The notes below the pieces were generated by a model. It saw only the letters and a program-made list of their open reading frames with translations, had not been told where the DNA came from and made no database searches. Positions 48,701-58,486 of a DNA stretch of 64,000 nucleotides are shown piece by piece. The translations under genes and the position numbers were made by a program. The DNA is from an uncultured delta proteobacterium. GTDB lineage: Bacteria; Myxococcota_A; Polyangia; Fen-1088. The stretch is from positions 42,018-106,017 of the forward strand of contig CAVTRY010000002.1 in assembly GCA_963737265.1 (NCBI GenBank), written 5' to 3'. How positions within the stretch are numbered: the stretch's first letter is position 1; each line of letters opens with the position of its first letter.

Positions 48701-51700
48701 CGTCGGCACGACGAAGCTTCTCCGCAGCGCCGTTCACGGCATCGAGATACGCGTCCGCCTTGCCGAGCCGGAACGCTATACCGCGCGCCAGGGTGTGGGC
48801 TTCGGCGCTGTCGGGCACCTTGGCCAGGATTTCCAGCAGGACGGACAGCCCCTCGTTGGCGCGACCTATCTTCTCCAACACGCTAGCAAGCTCGCACACC
48901 ACCAGCGCCTCGTCGCTCGCGTGGACCGCCGAGGTTCGCCGCTTGGCGAGCAAAGCGAGCAGGGTTTCGTTGTCTCCGTCGGCGAGCAGCGCGGCCTGGA
49001 TCCGCCGCGCTTCGACGGGATCGTGCAGGGCGCGCGCGATCGCCGATTCCAGATTTTCGGCCGCTTGCGGCTGCTGGCCTTGGGCGAGCGCGAGCCGGCG
49101 CAGGCGCACCAGCACCTCGCCGGCGGTGATGGCGGCGCCGTCGCCGCGACCTCGGCGCGCCAGCACCAGCAGGGCACGGTAGGCCTTCTCCGCGCGTTCG
49201 ATTTCGCCGCGCTCTTCGGCCACCTCCGCCAGCGCCAGCTGCACGTCGATGTTGTCGAGCAAGACCGCCGCGGCCTGGTCGAGGTGTTTAGCCGCGAGAT
49301 CGAGCGCCTTTTCCACGCGCGCCACCATGGCGATCTGTAGGTGCAACCCGGCGCGTTCGCGCGACTGCCGGCGACCGTATTCCTCAAGCAGTCCTTCGAG
49401 GACCGCCCGCGCGTCGGCGTGGCGCCCGGATGCGCGCAGCCCGTCGGCCAGGGCGAGGCGCAGACTCCGCTCTCCCGGCGCCAGGGCGACCGCCCGTTCC
49501 AGCGCCGGCACCGCCCGCGCCGGATCCTTGAGTCGGTCCCGACAAAGCACGAGAACTTCGTGCGCGCTCGCCACCACCGCGTCCGGATCTTCCGCATGGG
49601 CGCACCAAGCGGACAAGACACGCACCAAGGCCTCGTCGTGGTGCGCTTCGCGATGCAGGCGCGCCAGCATGGTCCACAGCTCGGCTGCCGTAGGATCTTC
49701 GCCCAAGGCGCGTTCGAGCGCGGCCACCGCGCGATGACGTTGCCCACCGTCGAGATAGGTCGCGGCGAGCTTGGCCACGGCCTGCCGCTTCTCGGCGGGT
49801 GCGCCGGTCGACATGCGCTGCTCGAGCCAGGACGCGGCGGTCAGTGGCTCACCAGCTGTTTCGTAAAGTCGCGCCAGCGCTTCCATGGCGGCTGGATCTG
49901 CGGCCAGGGCCGCCACCTTCTCGTAAGCGCCGATGGCCCGCGCTTCGTCGCCTAGCGGCTTCTCGAAAATCGCGGCCGCCTGACTCCACAGATTGGCCGC
50001 CGGCAAACTGTCGTTCTGCTCTTCCAGTTTGCGTGCTTGAGCGACCAGGATGTCGGCCAGCTCGGCGTGGCGGCCGCGCGATCGCAACAGCGTCCCGAGC
50101 GCGCTCAGCGTGGCGGCGTGCCCAGGGGTTTCCTCCAGATTGGCGAGCAGGATTTGGAGCCGGCCGGTGCGGCTCTCGATGATCTCGCCCAAGCGGGCGA
50201 TGTCGAGACGAAGAAAAAGGCGATCGTCGGAGCTGGCCGCGTCGTCGAGCTCGCGCCGGCGCAGGGTAAGAAGGTCGCTGAGCTGGTCGCCTTCTTCGTA
50301 CAAACGGGCCAGCGCCTTGGCCGCGCTGCGATTCTTCGGGTCTTGGTCCACCGTCTGACGAAGCAGCTCGCGAGCGAGCTTCTTGTCGACGTCCATGGCC
50401 AACTCGCCGGCTCTTGCTCGCAGCGACTGCGCAAGGTCGGCGGCGACGGGCAGACGGCTGGCTTCCAGTAAAAAATCCACTGCCCGCCGAACATCGGCCT
50501 TGTCGCGGCTCGCGCCGAGTATGTCCGCCAGCCCTTGCGTCGCTCGCACCAATCCCTCGGCCGCGGCCGTCTTGCCCAAGGCGGCCTGTCCGGCACGCAG
50601 CAGGCCGGAGGAGCGCTCGAACAACGTCGTGAGTGCCGCACGTGCAAGACCCGTGTCCTTCTTGTCGCGTTCGGCGACATCCAAGGCCTCGACGATGGCA
50701 TCGAGCTCGCGTGGCGCGAGCACCGCGATCTGCGTGAGCGTTTCGTACAGCGCTTTGCCGCCGCGACCGCGCTGCGCCTCGGCCAAGCGGCGCAGGGTCG
50801 GCAAGTGCGACGGTTCGTAGTCGCGCGCGCGCACCAGGGCGCGCTCCCGCCAGCCCGCCGCCTTTTCCGGTGCCACCGCATAGCCGGCAATGCGCTCCTC
50901 GAGGGTGCGTCCGACCGTGACAGGCACGCCGGCCTTGGCTGCGAACGTGGCCGATAGCGTCTTGCCAAGCAGGCGCAGGCTGCCAGGCGGTTCGGCGGCT
51001 GCGGCCGCTGCTTGCTCCATCAGTGGCAGGAAATCGGCGAGCAGCGCGCCAGGCTCGAAGGGTTCGGCCAGCGCAGCGTCGACCGCGGTCTGCCAGACCC
51101 CGAGCTCGCTGGCCAGGCGCACGACCCCAAGCCGCACGCTTCGCACCGTCGGCGCAGCCGCGAATGCCTGCTCGAAACACGCCAGCGCGGCGGCCTTATC
51201 AGCGACCTTGTCGGCCAACAGCCGTCCGGCCGAGAGCAGCAGATGGACCTTGCGATTGGTATCGAGCGACGGTGCAGCACTGGCCTGCTGGAGGGTGCGC
51301 GCCGCAAGACCGAAATCCCCGGTGGCCTCGGCCAGCCGAAGCATCGCGGCCTCGGTCTCGGCATCGTCGGGACGAAGCCACAGCACCGTGCAATGGTGGG
51401 CCAGCGCTTCTTTCGGGCGCTGCCCGCGCTTCTCTTCGAGCATGGCGGCCTCGGCGTGCAGACGCGCGCGTTCGTCGTCGCCGGTCGCCAAAGCCAAACG
51501 ATGGGGAAGGATCGCCAGCAAGCCTTGCCAATCGTCGCTGGCGGCCGAGCAGCGCACCAGTCCCTCGACCGCCGCGGCTTGCGTGGTCTCGTCCTCGGCC
51601 AGCGCGAGCAAGGCGTCGCGCAGGCCATGGGCGTGCGGATCGGCGGCCAACGCGCGGCCGTACCAAGCCGCTGCGCCCTTAGCGTCGGCAAGCTGCGTGC

Positions 51701-53528
51701 GACACGCATCGCCCAGGCGAACGAAGAGAGCCACCAGCTCGCCGTGCAGGCGGTCGCCCACTTGCGTTCCCAGGCCGAGAAGATCTTGCCAACGCCCGGC
51801 TTGCGCGAAGAGATCGAGGATCGCCGTCACCGCCTCGGCGTCGCCGGCGGATCGTTCGAGAATCTTGCCGAGCGCCGCAATGGCCTTGGCCGGATCGCCG
51901 TGGCGGTCGCGCTCGATCTCGGCGATGCGCAACCAATCCGCGCGCCGCTGGATCCAGGATACGTCGGCGCCCGCGCGGCGGGCCAGCGCAACCACCAACT
52001 CGGGCCAGCGCTGGGCGCCTTCGAGAATTTCGATGGTGCGCGCCAGGGCTTTGCGGTCGCTGGCGTCAGCCGCCAGGCGCTTTTCCCACAGACCGAGCGC
52101 GCGATCGACCTGACCGCGCGTGTAGGCCAGCTCCGCGGCCTCGCCTAGAAGTCCGCGGCGCATGCCGGGGGTCGCCTCCAAACCGGCCTGACGTTCGAGC
52201 AGGTCCAGTCGTTCCTCGGCGCTGCCCTCATCGGTAAGCAGGGCGGCCAGCTTGCGCATGGCCGTGAGCATCTGTTCGGGTGGGGCGGCGCTGCTTGCCA
52301 GCGTCTGGCGATAGAAAGCGATGGCGGCAGCGGTTCCGCCCGATCGCGTTTCCTCGATGTGGGCGGCTTCGAGCCACAGGGCTACTTGCAGTCGTGGATC
52401 GGTCGTTGCGGTCGCCGCGGCGGACAGGCCGCGCACGTATGCCTCGGGCGCGGCAGTGACTTCGGCCAGGAACTTGAGACGCGCGCGGGTCGCGGTTTCC
52501 TCGGGCTTAAACGCCACCAACTCGACCAGATGCTCGCGCGCCGCCACCAGGTCACCGGTACGTTCGAGCATGTCCGCGGCCTCGCCGACGAGGACGCGCG
52601 TTTCGTCGGGAGTGGCGAAGGTCAAAGCCACGCGCAACGCCGCCACCACGCGGTCGGGCCGTCCCTGCTGAAGATGTCGCGCCCGCAACATTGCGAGGGC
52701 GCGGCGGCGCAGGTCGTGCGGCAGTGTCTCGTCGCCCAGGATTTTTTCGGCCAGCGCGCAGGCCACGCGATCGTCGGCCAGCGCCGGCGAGACCAGCAGC
52801 TTGTCCACCTCGTCGAGGACTTTGTCCGGTTGGCCCAGACGATCGAGGTAGAGCCCGGCCAGCCGCTGCCGCAAATCGACGGCGTCGTGTCCCGCGGCCA
52901 ACCCCAGTCGCTTGGCAAGAACCGCCGCCAAAGCAGCGAAGTCACCCAATTTTTCCAGCAGGCGTTCGAGCTCGGAAGCGACTTCGGCGGTCCCTGGCGT
53001 GGCCTCGAACAGCCGGCGCAAATAGCTGGCGGCGCGCGCGCTGTCGCCGGAGTCCCGCGCCACAGTGGCCGCTTCCTGGAGCAGGCGGCGGAAGCGCGGA
53101 CCGTCGGCGAGCCCGGCCAGAATTCGGTCGTACACGGCGAGCAACTCGGCCCACTGCTCGCCAACCGACAACAGAATGGTCAGCCGTTCGATTGCCCAGT
53201 CCGCGGCCGGGTCGAGCTCAAGAATGTTGTCGAGAAATTCGACGATGGTCGCGGTCTCGCCAGCGTACCAGTCCTCGACGAAGCGCAGGCCGCGCTGGCC
53301 GAGGTTGGTGGCGAGCTCCGGCGACGGCGCGGACGCAAGTGCTTTGCGGTAGGCCGCCGCCACGTCGTCGGGTTTCTGCGTCTCGGCTGCGATGGCCTCG
53401 AGCTCGTCCCAAACCTCCAGATCGTTGGGATCGGCCTTTGCCTTCTTCAAGACTGCCTTCAGCTTTTCGGAGGAACCCTTTTCGGAATCAGCAGATCGCG
53501 AACCCGTGGCACTGGAATCCCGCTTCAT
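45711..53528 (-). CDS. Giant tetratricopeptide-repeat protein (~2605 aa)
   Basis: Uninterrupted ORF of Ala/Leu-rich helical TPR-like repeats; GAGG RBS before ATG 53528; no signal peptide. Confidence 0.88.
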   Translation of the reverse strand: MKRDSSATGSRSADSEKGSSEKLKAVLKKAKADPNDLEVWDELEAIAAETQKPDDVAAAYRKALASAPSPELATNLGQRGLRFVEDWYAGETATIVEFLDNILELDPAADWAIERLTILLSVGEQWAELLAVYDRILAGLADGPRFRRLLQEAATVARDSGDSARAASYLRRLFEATPGTAEVASELERLLEKLGDFAALAAVLAKRLGLAAGHDAVDLRQRLAGLYLDRLGQPDKVLDEVDKLLVSPALADDRVACALAEKILGDETLPHDLRRRALAMLRARHLQQGRPDRVVAALRVALTFATPDETRVLVGEAADMLERTGDLVAAREHLVELVAFKPEETATRARLKFLAEVTAAPEAYVRGLSAAATATTDPRLQVALWLEAAHIEETRSGGTAAAIAFYRQTLASSAAPPEQMLTAMRKLAALLTDEGSAEERLDLLERQAGLEATPGMRRGLLGEAAELAYTRGQVDRALGLWEKRLAADASDRKALARTIEILEGAQRWPELVVALARRAGADVSWIQRRADWLRIAEIERDRHGDPAKAIAALGKILERSAGDAEAVTAILDLFAQAGRWQDLLGLGTQVGDRLHGELVALFVRLGDACRTQLADAKGAAAWYGRALAADPHAHGLRDALLALAEDETTQAAAVEGLVRCSAASDDWQGLLAILPHRLALATGDDERARLHAEAAMLEEKRGQRPKEALAHHCTVLWLRPDDAETEAAMLRLAEATGDFGLAARTLQQASAAPSLDTNRKVHLLLSAGRLLADKVADKAAALACFEQAFAAAPTVRSVRLGVVRLASELGVWQTAVDAALAEPFEPGALLADFLPLMEQAAAAAAEPPGSLRLLGKTLSATFAAKAGVPVTVGRTLEERIAGYAVAPEKAAGWRERALVRARDYEPSHLPTLRRLAEAQRGRGGKALYETLTQIAVLAPRELDAIVEALDVAERDKKDTGLARAALTTLFERSSGLLRAGQAALGKTAAAEGLVRATQGLADILGASRDKADVRRAVDFLLEASRLPVAADLAQSLRARAGELAMDVDKKLARELLRQTVDQDPKNRSAAKALARLYEEGDQLSDLLTLRRRELDDAASSDDRLFLRLDIARLGEIIESRTGRLQILLANLEETPGHAATLSALGTLLRSRGRHAELADILVAQARKLEEQNDSLPAANLWSQAAAIFEKPLGDEARAIGAYEKVAALAADPAAMEALARLYETAGEPLTAASWLEQRMSTGAPAEKRQAVAKLAATYLDGGQRHRAVAALERALGEDPTAAELWTMLARLHREAHHDEALVRVLSAWCAHAEDPDAVVASAHEVLVLCRDRLKDPARAVPALERAVALAPGERSLRLALADGLRASGRHADARAVLEGLLEEYGRRQSRERAGLHLQIAMVARVEKALDLAAKHLDQAAAVLLDNIDVQLALAEVAEERGEIERAEKAYRALLVLARRGRGDGAAITAGEVLVRLRRLALAQGQQPQAAENLESAIARALHDPVEARRIQAALLADGDNETLLALLAKRRTSAVHASDEALVVCELASVLEKIGRANEGLSVLLEILAKVPDSAEAHTLARGIAFRLGKADAYLDAVNGAAEKLRRADDGPCLADLLLRAADVAEKDLRLLDKAVAYLRRAEQTNCRGAEALGALARVASATGDSAEFKRAVAGLRRLIQAAIANTEKADLSYRLAEAQVAQGETRDEGLDALAQAMEILPDLPRATSIVQNAHVPDTALVRVLPVYEKVARASGDDRVLLDFLDRRAALPGAQLGEVREGVELAVSLGEGERAERMLAHAIEIARQSSGGLHEGVWAVIDLSRRLRARGDLAGAARVLEDVRAEWANPRLTPLVRETAKVAAASNDCVAVAAQLLDHLRVVYPTDREVWEPLLDLWARQGNRGALEGLVQDLAAKLMSRGDRSAVRMAWARFLLASGDAGETVSAALRDVLLEEPGHSQALALLADVYEERGDVGEAVTLLSDALSSGEGAASGAGRATLARRLGDLVKKADPAQAKEVYRSALATSLPDATAKRSLQQSLVELLTGDGEAAERAALCEEILLGESGETAAAQALALFELRLQINDDSGAERALCLGHERAPDNADIFEQLGKFYTQREKWADAAALLGQEAGRLLDVGKATRLYRKVAHLQRNKLGDVKAAAQTLRQAVQIDPSDFDLVRELCDSFVEAGDPALAVAAAGEILATAVSPSMRIGLLRLRADLSARQHDDEAAVRDLEEAMSLGAADASADLAAALSRVAGRAASAGDRTSARAASLRLVEILRRGGDDTQADEVLFRWIESCPDDREVLHQMRDIFTASGRWESAANVWARLVHLEEGEAKAQAALALTAACEKLGRAEEAIPWLSGVLAHVPGHRELQARLAGLYETTGNMVESARLRYLMADSEPDENERFRLLVQIGQALLAAGQGADAALALEKSLAFPAADRTTRALLFDAYVAAGTLERASAVLTELFADAKTMKPEELGALYRRQSKIAAATGDRDGQLQALKKALDTDRKSVAIANELADLAESIGDDELALRALRVVAASPIKDAKVVGLAYLRQARIAHRAKDRSRAIIFVKRALQEDANLEEARALLDQLR

Positions 53529-53781
53529 ATCCCCTCGCAGGAGCAATGGTTGGAGAGACCGAATAGTAACAGGTTCGTTTGGGAAAGGGGCCGTGTTTTC
53601 AAGGCTTTGTGGTCCGAATTGTCGACATGTTACTTGGGACTCAAGACGTGTCCATAAATGGACCCGTCTTGAAGATTTTTGAAGGGAGGGCCGCTGCCCT
53701 CCCCTCGTCCGCGAAGTAAATTCGCGGGCTTCACCCCAGGTTCATCACCGTGACTACTATTTCCCAAAAGAACGGCCGATC

Positions 53782-54888
53782 CTACGTCCGCCCTGAGTGC
53801 TCGCCGTGGCGCTTGATCTTGCTTTCGAGAACGCGCGCTTGTTCTTCGATGTGCCACGGGCGCTCGGCGTAGACATCGTCGAAAAGCGACGCCGCCCTAG
53901 GACGCGCGGCCACCGCCTCGGTTTCACTAACCAGCGCGGCAAAGCGACCGTCAAATTCCTGACGGACGCTGGCCTCGTCCTCAGGACTCCAAATCCCCTT
54001 GGCTTCGCAATAAGCGCAAAATCGCTTGATGGGATCGCTGGCTTCCCACTCCTTGGCCTCGGCGGGGTCGCGATACACCGAGGGATCGTCGGAGGACGTG
54101 TGCGCCCCGCGCCGGTAGGTCAGCGCTTCGATAAGTGTCGGGCCTTCACCGCTGCGCGCGCGCGCAGCCGCCTCTGCCGTTACGTGGATGAGCGCGAGGA
54201 TGTCGTTGCCGTCGACGAGAACGGATTTCATGCCGTAGGCCACGGCTTTTTGCGCCAGCGTGGTCGACGCCGTCTGAATCGCACGCGGGGTGGAAATCGC
54301 CCAGCCGTTGTTGCGCAGGAAGAACAGGCAGGGCGCCCTGTGCACCTGCGCCATGTTGCACGCGACGTGGAAATCGCCGGTTGAAGTCGCGCCGTCGCCG
54401 AAATAGACGAAGCCTATGTCGTCGCGCCCGGATATCTTGGCCGCCATGGCCATGCCCACGGCGTGCGGAATCTGGGTTCCCACCACCGAGCTCACCGTCA
54501 TGAAATTGACGTCGCGGGCGGTGTGGTGCGCGGGAAGTTGACGGCCCTTCACCGGATCTTCGGCGTTGCCGTAGAGCTGGCACATCATCGTGCGCATCGG
54601 ATAACCACGGAACAATGCCGCCGCCTGCTCCCGGTAGCAGGAAAAAATCCAATCGCCGGGGCGCAACGCCCACACCGGCCCAATCAGCGTCGCTTCCTCG
54701 CCCGAGGCCGTAAGGTAGAAGCCGATGCGGCCTTGGCGCTGGAAACGCAGCAGGCGCTCGTCGAGCAGGCTGCTTTCCAGCATGGCCACGACCATGCGGC
54801 GCAATTCGCTGTGGGGAATGACGGGCTCGAGCTCGGGCCGGCAAACCTTGCCGTCGCGGTCGAGAATTCGGACAAGCTCCATCTTCAC
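53782..54888 (-). CDS. 2-oxoacid dehydrogenase E1 alpha subunit (TPP-dependent)
   Basis: QRQGRIGFY, GDGATS...NNGWAIS, YRRGAHTSSDDPSVYR. Confidence 0.92.
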   Translation of the reverse strand: MKMELVRILDRDGKVCRPELEPVIPHSELRRMVVAMLESSLLDERLLRFQRQGRIGFYLTASGEEATLIGPVWALRPGDWIFSCYREQAAALFRGYPMRTMMCQLYGNAEDPVKGRQLPAHHTARDVNFMTVSSVVGTQIPHAVGMAMAAKISGRDDIGFVYFGDGATSTGDFHVACNMAQVHRAPCLFFLRNNGWAISTPRAIQTASTTLAQKAVAYGMKSVLVDGNDILALIHVTAEAAARARSGEGPTLIEALTYRRGAHTSSDDPSVYRDPAEAKEWEASDPIKRFCAYCEAKGIWSPEDEASVRQEFDGRFAALVSETEAVAARPRAASLFDDVYAERPWHIEEQARVLESKIKRHGEHSGRT

Positions 54889-55031
54889 GCGCTGCCTTGC
54901 CTAGCGGCCAGCGGCATGGTTGTCAAGGTCGCGTGCGTGGCGCCATACTGTCGTCGACGTGAACCAGCACCACTGATTCACGGCGCCACCTTGGGTTGAA
55001 ACTTGGGCGGTGTGTGCGTACGCTAGCGGGC

Positions 55032-55442
55032 ATGGCTGACTCGGAGCAGAAACAAGAAAAGTTCACGGTACGGGATCGTCGCGGGTTCGACAGTGATGGC
55101 GAGCCCAAGACGGACAGGCCGGTGGTGCCGGACAAGACCCCGGAGACACCCACGGCAGCAGCGGAGCCACCGCGGTCGTCGCCGCCCGCCGACTTCGCCA
55201 CGTTGGTGCTGTCGCTCGGCAGCTCGGCGGTCATGTACCTTGGCGAGGCTGTGTTACCCAATGCGGACAAACCCACGCGCAACTTGCCCATGGCGAAGCA
55301 GGCTATCGATCTGCTTACGGTCCTCGAAGAGAAGACCAAGGGCAACCTGACCTCGGAAGAAGAGCAGATTTTGGAAACTCTGCTGTTCGACCTACGCTTG
55401 CGCTACGTCGAGGCACTCAAGGCGCCGGCCGGCGGCGGTTGA
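55032..55442 (+). CDS. DUF1844 family protein
   Basis: FTVRDRR, AKQAIDLL..LEEKTKGNLT.EE...LRLRYV. Confidence 0.88.
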   Translation: MADSEQKQEKFTVRDRRGFDSDGEPKTDRPVVPDKTPETPTAAAEPPRSSPPADFATLVLSLGSSAVMYLGEAVLPNADKPTRNLPMAKQAIDLLTVLEEKTKGNLTSEEEQILETLLFDLRLRYVEALKAPAGGG

Positions 55443-57086
55443 GGGGCAGGCGCGCACCGCGCGGCGGATTTCGAGCAGGAAAAATAGGAGCAACGTCGCG
55501 CTGAGGGTGGGCAGCAGGATGGCGAGCGTCCACGCCAAGCGCGGGAAGGTATGTCGATACTCGACAAACCACCAGTCGACACGCGCGCGCCCGTAGCTCC
55601 TTTGGATGTCCAAATGGAGGGTGGTGTAACGGCGCCAGGGCGCGTCCTTTTCCGCGACGACCCAAGAGTCGCTGTTCGAGACGTGAGTAAGCAGCCAGTA
55701 GTTGCCCGCGATGTGCTGAAAGGGCGGCAGCCACTGCAGCGAATAGATGGTCTCGAAACAGACCGGGCAGCGTGACGTGGCGGTACTGACGCCATCACCC
55801 TTGGTGTTGGGCATGCCGAGCCAAGCCTGCGCGGCCTCTGCCTCGATGCGGATGAAGTGGTCCCAGTAGACGCAGTTGCCAAGATAGGTGACGAGCGCGC
55901 CCGAAAGCAGCACTCCGCCGAGGACCGCCATGCCCAACCAGAGTCGCACCGCGCGCAGCTTGGCCAGCCATTCCTCGACGAGAAACCCCGCAGGTAGGAG
56001 CAGGATGGCGGTGGCGAAAAGCGCGTAACGCGGGCCCCAGGCATAATCGCCGGCCCAGGAAATCATCTGGGCGTGAATGTAGAGGCACGGGCCGATGGTC
56101 AGCACCATGGCCAGGACGATGTGCCGAAAGCGCCGCGCGAAGCGGGGAAACGCGAACAGCGCCACCAGCAGCGGCGGGCTGTAGAGGAAGATGGACTTAC
56201 CCGGCGACAGGAACATCCCCCAAAGTCCTACCAGGGGGGTTTCGCGAATGCCGCCGCCGGCGGAAATCCCGGTACTGCTGAAGGCCAGCCCATAGCCACT
56301 GAAGAAGATGCTGCCCCAGCGAGCGTAGTTGTAATAGAGGTAGATGCTCGCGAGCGGTATTGCGCTGGCGATGGAAACGAGGGCAACCAGCAGCAGAGCC
56401 CGCCAGCTGCGCCGAAGCTCCCAGGCGAGAAAGATTCCCGCCCCCAGTCCCGACGCAACAAAAACCGGCTTGGCGTTGACCAGCAGTCCGGCCCACAGGC
56501 CGAGCAAGGCCGCCTGGCGCCACGTGGGCCGCTCGCGCACGTCGAGCAACTTGGAAAAGAACCCGGTAAAGCAAACCAACTGCAGCGTCTCGGAATAGGG
56601 GTAGCGCGAGTACACCCAGACCGAGGACGTGAACGCCAGGGCCAGCGTGGTTGCAGCGGCGGGCACCGGGCGCATTCCCAGCCGTCGGCACAGGCCGAAG
56701 AACAGCACGCAGCCCAGCGTTCCCAGGATGGTTGGTGCGAGATGCGAGGTGAAGCGCCAAGCGATCTGCCAATAGGGCGGGTAGGCCGCGGCGATCTTGC
56801 GCTGAAGCGTGGCGCCGGGAACGTGAATCAGGCTCTGCAGCAAGGGAGCCAGGCCGTAGATGTGCCCGCCTTTCCCGTTGGGCAGCGTGGCCGGCCAGCG
56901 CGTCTTGGCGTGAACGTTGTGCGAACGGGAAATGCTGTCCGCGACTTCCCAGATGGGTGTGGCATCGCCCCACGGCCGTTCGCGGCTAGTCGAAAACAGG
57001 TAGAGAAAAAAGATGGAGCCGAACAGCAATAGGCTGCCCCGCCAGTGAAATGGAAAACTCGGTGCCGTTGGCAATGCGGCCGGCAT
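55392..57086 (-). CDS. Polytopic membrane protein, GT-C glycosyltransferase-like
   Basis: Many TM segments; YNYARWGS, SPGKSIFLYSP, WGPRY motifs; start uncertain. Confidence 0.7.
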   Translation of the reverse strand: MPAALPTAPSFPFHWRGSLLLFGSIFFLYLFSTSRERPWGDATPIWEVADSISRSHNVHAKTRWPATLPNGKGGHIYGLAPLLQSLIHVPGATLQRKIAAAYPPYWQIAWRFTSHLAPTILGTLGCVLFFGLCRRLGMRPVPAAATTLALAFTSSVWVYSRYPYSETLQLVCFTGFFSKLLDVRERPTWRQAALLGLWAGLLVNAKPVFVASGLGAGIFLAWELRRSWRALLLVALVSIASAIPLASIYLYYNYARWGSIFFSGYGLAFSSTGISAGGGIRETPLVGLWGMFLSPGKSIFLYSPPLLVALFAFPRFARRFRHIVLAMVLTIGPCLYIHAQMISWAGDYAWGPRYALFATAILLLPAGFLVEEWLAKLRAVRLWLGMAVLGGVLLSGALVTYLGNCVYWDHFIRIEAEAAQAWLGMPNTKGDGVSTATSRCPVCFETIYSLQWLPPFQHIAGNYWLLTHVSNSDSWVVAEKDAPWRRYTTLHLDIQRSYGRARVDWWFVEYRHTFPRLAWTLAILLPTLSATLLLFFLLEIRRAVRACPSTAAGRRLECLDVAQA

Positions 57087-57259
57087 GATAGCCGATTGCT
57101 CGCCGCGCGGCGGGACTTCTGCCGATCGGTCGGGAATAACGATTGCTGCGATGCGTTTTACTGTCCGCGTGGAAAGAACCAAGGCTCCTGCTTCACTTGT
57201 CCGCGCATCGCCCGCGAATCCTGGCCGAGCATGGCGCATCCAATGTCGGGGAGAAAGCT

Positions 57260-57721
57260 ATGCGACCGCGACCTTTGGCCACCGATGGCAAACCTTCTGA
57301 GGTGGATCTCGAACAGCGATTGACGCCGATGCAGTACTTCGTCACGCAACGGTGCGGGACCGAGCCGCCGTTCCACAACGAGTATTGGGACAATCATGGG
57401 GTCGGCATCTACGTGGACGTGGTGTCGGGCAAGCCGCTGTTTTCTTCCACGGATAAGTTCGACTCCGGCACGGGCTGGCCGAGCTTCACGCGGCCGGTGG
57501 AAGGAACGGCAGTGGTCGAGAACGACGACGATTCGCTGGGCATGCGGCGCACGGAGGCTGTTTCCGCAGCCTCGAAAGCGCATCTTGGGCATGTCTTCGA
57601 CGACGGCCCCGATCCCACCGGCAAACGCTACTGCATCAATTCGGCGGCCCTGCGTTTCATTCCCGCCGATCGACTGGAAGCCGAAGGCTACGGCGAATAC
57701 CGTCGCCTTTTCCCGCGCTAA
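57260..57721 (+). CDS. msrB: Peptide-methionine (R)-S-oxide reductase
   Basis: [33 protein letters not shown]. Confidence 0.95.
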   Translation: MRPRPLATDGKPSEVDLEQRLTPMQYFVTQRCGTEPPFHNEYWDNHGVGIYVDVVSGKPLFSSTDKFDSGTGWPSFTRPVEGTAVVENDDDSLGMRRTEAVSAASKAHLGHVFDDGPDPTGKRYCINSAALRFIPADRLEAEGYGEYRRLFPR

Positions 57722-57734
57722 GGGAGCCGCGCCC

Positions 57735-58259
57735 ATGGCATTGCGGGAAGGTGCGATCAGCCCCGAAAACAGGAAGAGCGCCATCGCGGTGCTGGCGGGC
57801 GGTTGCTTTTGGGGCATGGAAGATCTGCTGCGCAAGGTGCCCGGCGTGCTCGCAACCGAAGTTGGCTACGCTGGCGGCAACCTGGCCCATCCGACCTATG
57901 AACAAGTCTGCACCGGGCGCACCGGCCACGCCGAGGCGGTGCGGGTCGTTTTCGATCCAGAGCGAATCGGCTACGCCGACCTCTTGCACTTCTTCTTTCG
58001 CATGCACGATCCAACGTCCTTGAACCGGCAGTCCCACGACGTCGGCACACAATACCGCTCGGCGATTTTCGTCGAGAACGAAGAACAGCGACTTATCGCC
58101 GAACACGTGAAAGCCGAGGTGGAAAGGTCGGGCAAATGGCAGCGCAAGATCGTGACTGAAATCGCTCCCGCCACGACCTTCTACGCCGCCGAAGACGACC
58201 ACCAAGACTACCTGGAAAAGCACCCCGACGGCTACAGCTGCCACTATCTCAGAGACTGA
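57735..58259 (+). CDS. msrA: Peptide-methionine (S)-S-oxide reductase
   Basis: GGCFWG, GHAEAV, GTQYRSAIF, AEDDHQDY. Confidence 0.95.
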   Translation: MALREGAISPENRKSAIAVLAGGCFWGMEDLLRKVPGVLATEVGYAGGNLAHPTYEQVCTGRTGHAEAVRVVFDPERIGYADLLHFFFRMHDPTSLNRQSHDVGTQYRSAIFVENEEQRLIAEHVKAEVERSGKWQRKIVTEIAPATTFYAAEDDHQDYLEKHPDGYSCHYLRD

Positions 58260-58323
58260 AGAGTGTGTGTCGCCAATCAATCGTTCGCGCCAAAGGCTGG
58301 CGCTCGCGCGTACCTTGACCCTA

Positions 58324-58475
58324 AGGGCTCGTCAGAGAACATCCGCAACGATTTGGACGACTCCCGTCTGGCGTCGTTGCTCGTCGTCGCAATACGTCGA
58401 GTATTCCTCCTCCTCGCGCCTTGCCAGCCGGGAGCCTCGCCGCCCACTCGTAGCATCTATGCTCTGACGAGCCCT
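58324..58475. mobile_element. MITE-like element, 152 bp
   Basis: Perfect 14-bp TIR AGGGCTCGTCAGAG flanked by C-TA and TA-G (TA duplication in a CTAG target); internal long hairpin. Confidence 0.75.
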
Positions 58476-58486
58476 TAGAGCTGCCC

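Noticed and set aside
57396-58259. MsrB-MsrA fusion
   Set aside because: msrB ends with TAA at 57721 and msrA has its own RBS and ATG at 57735 in another frame.
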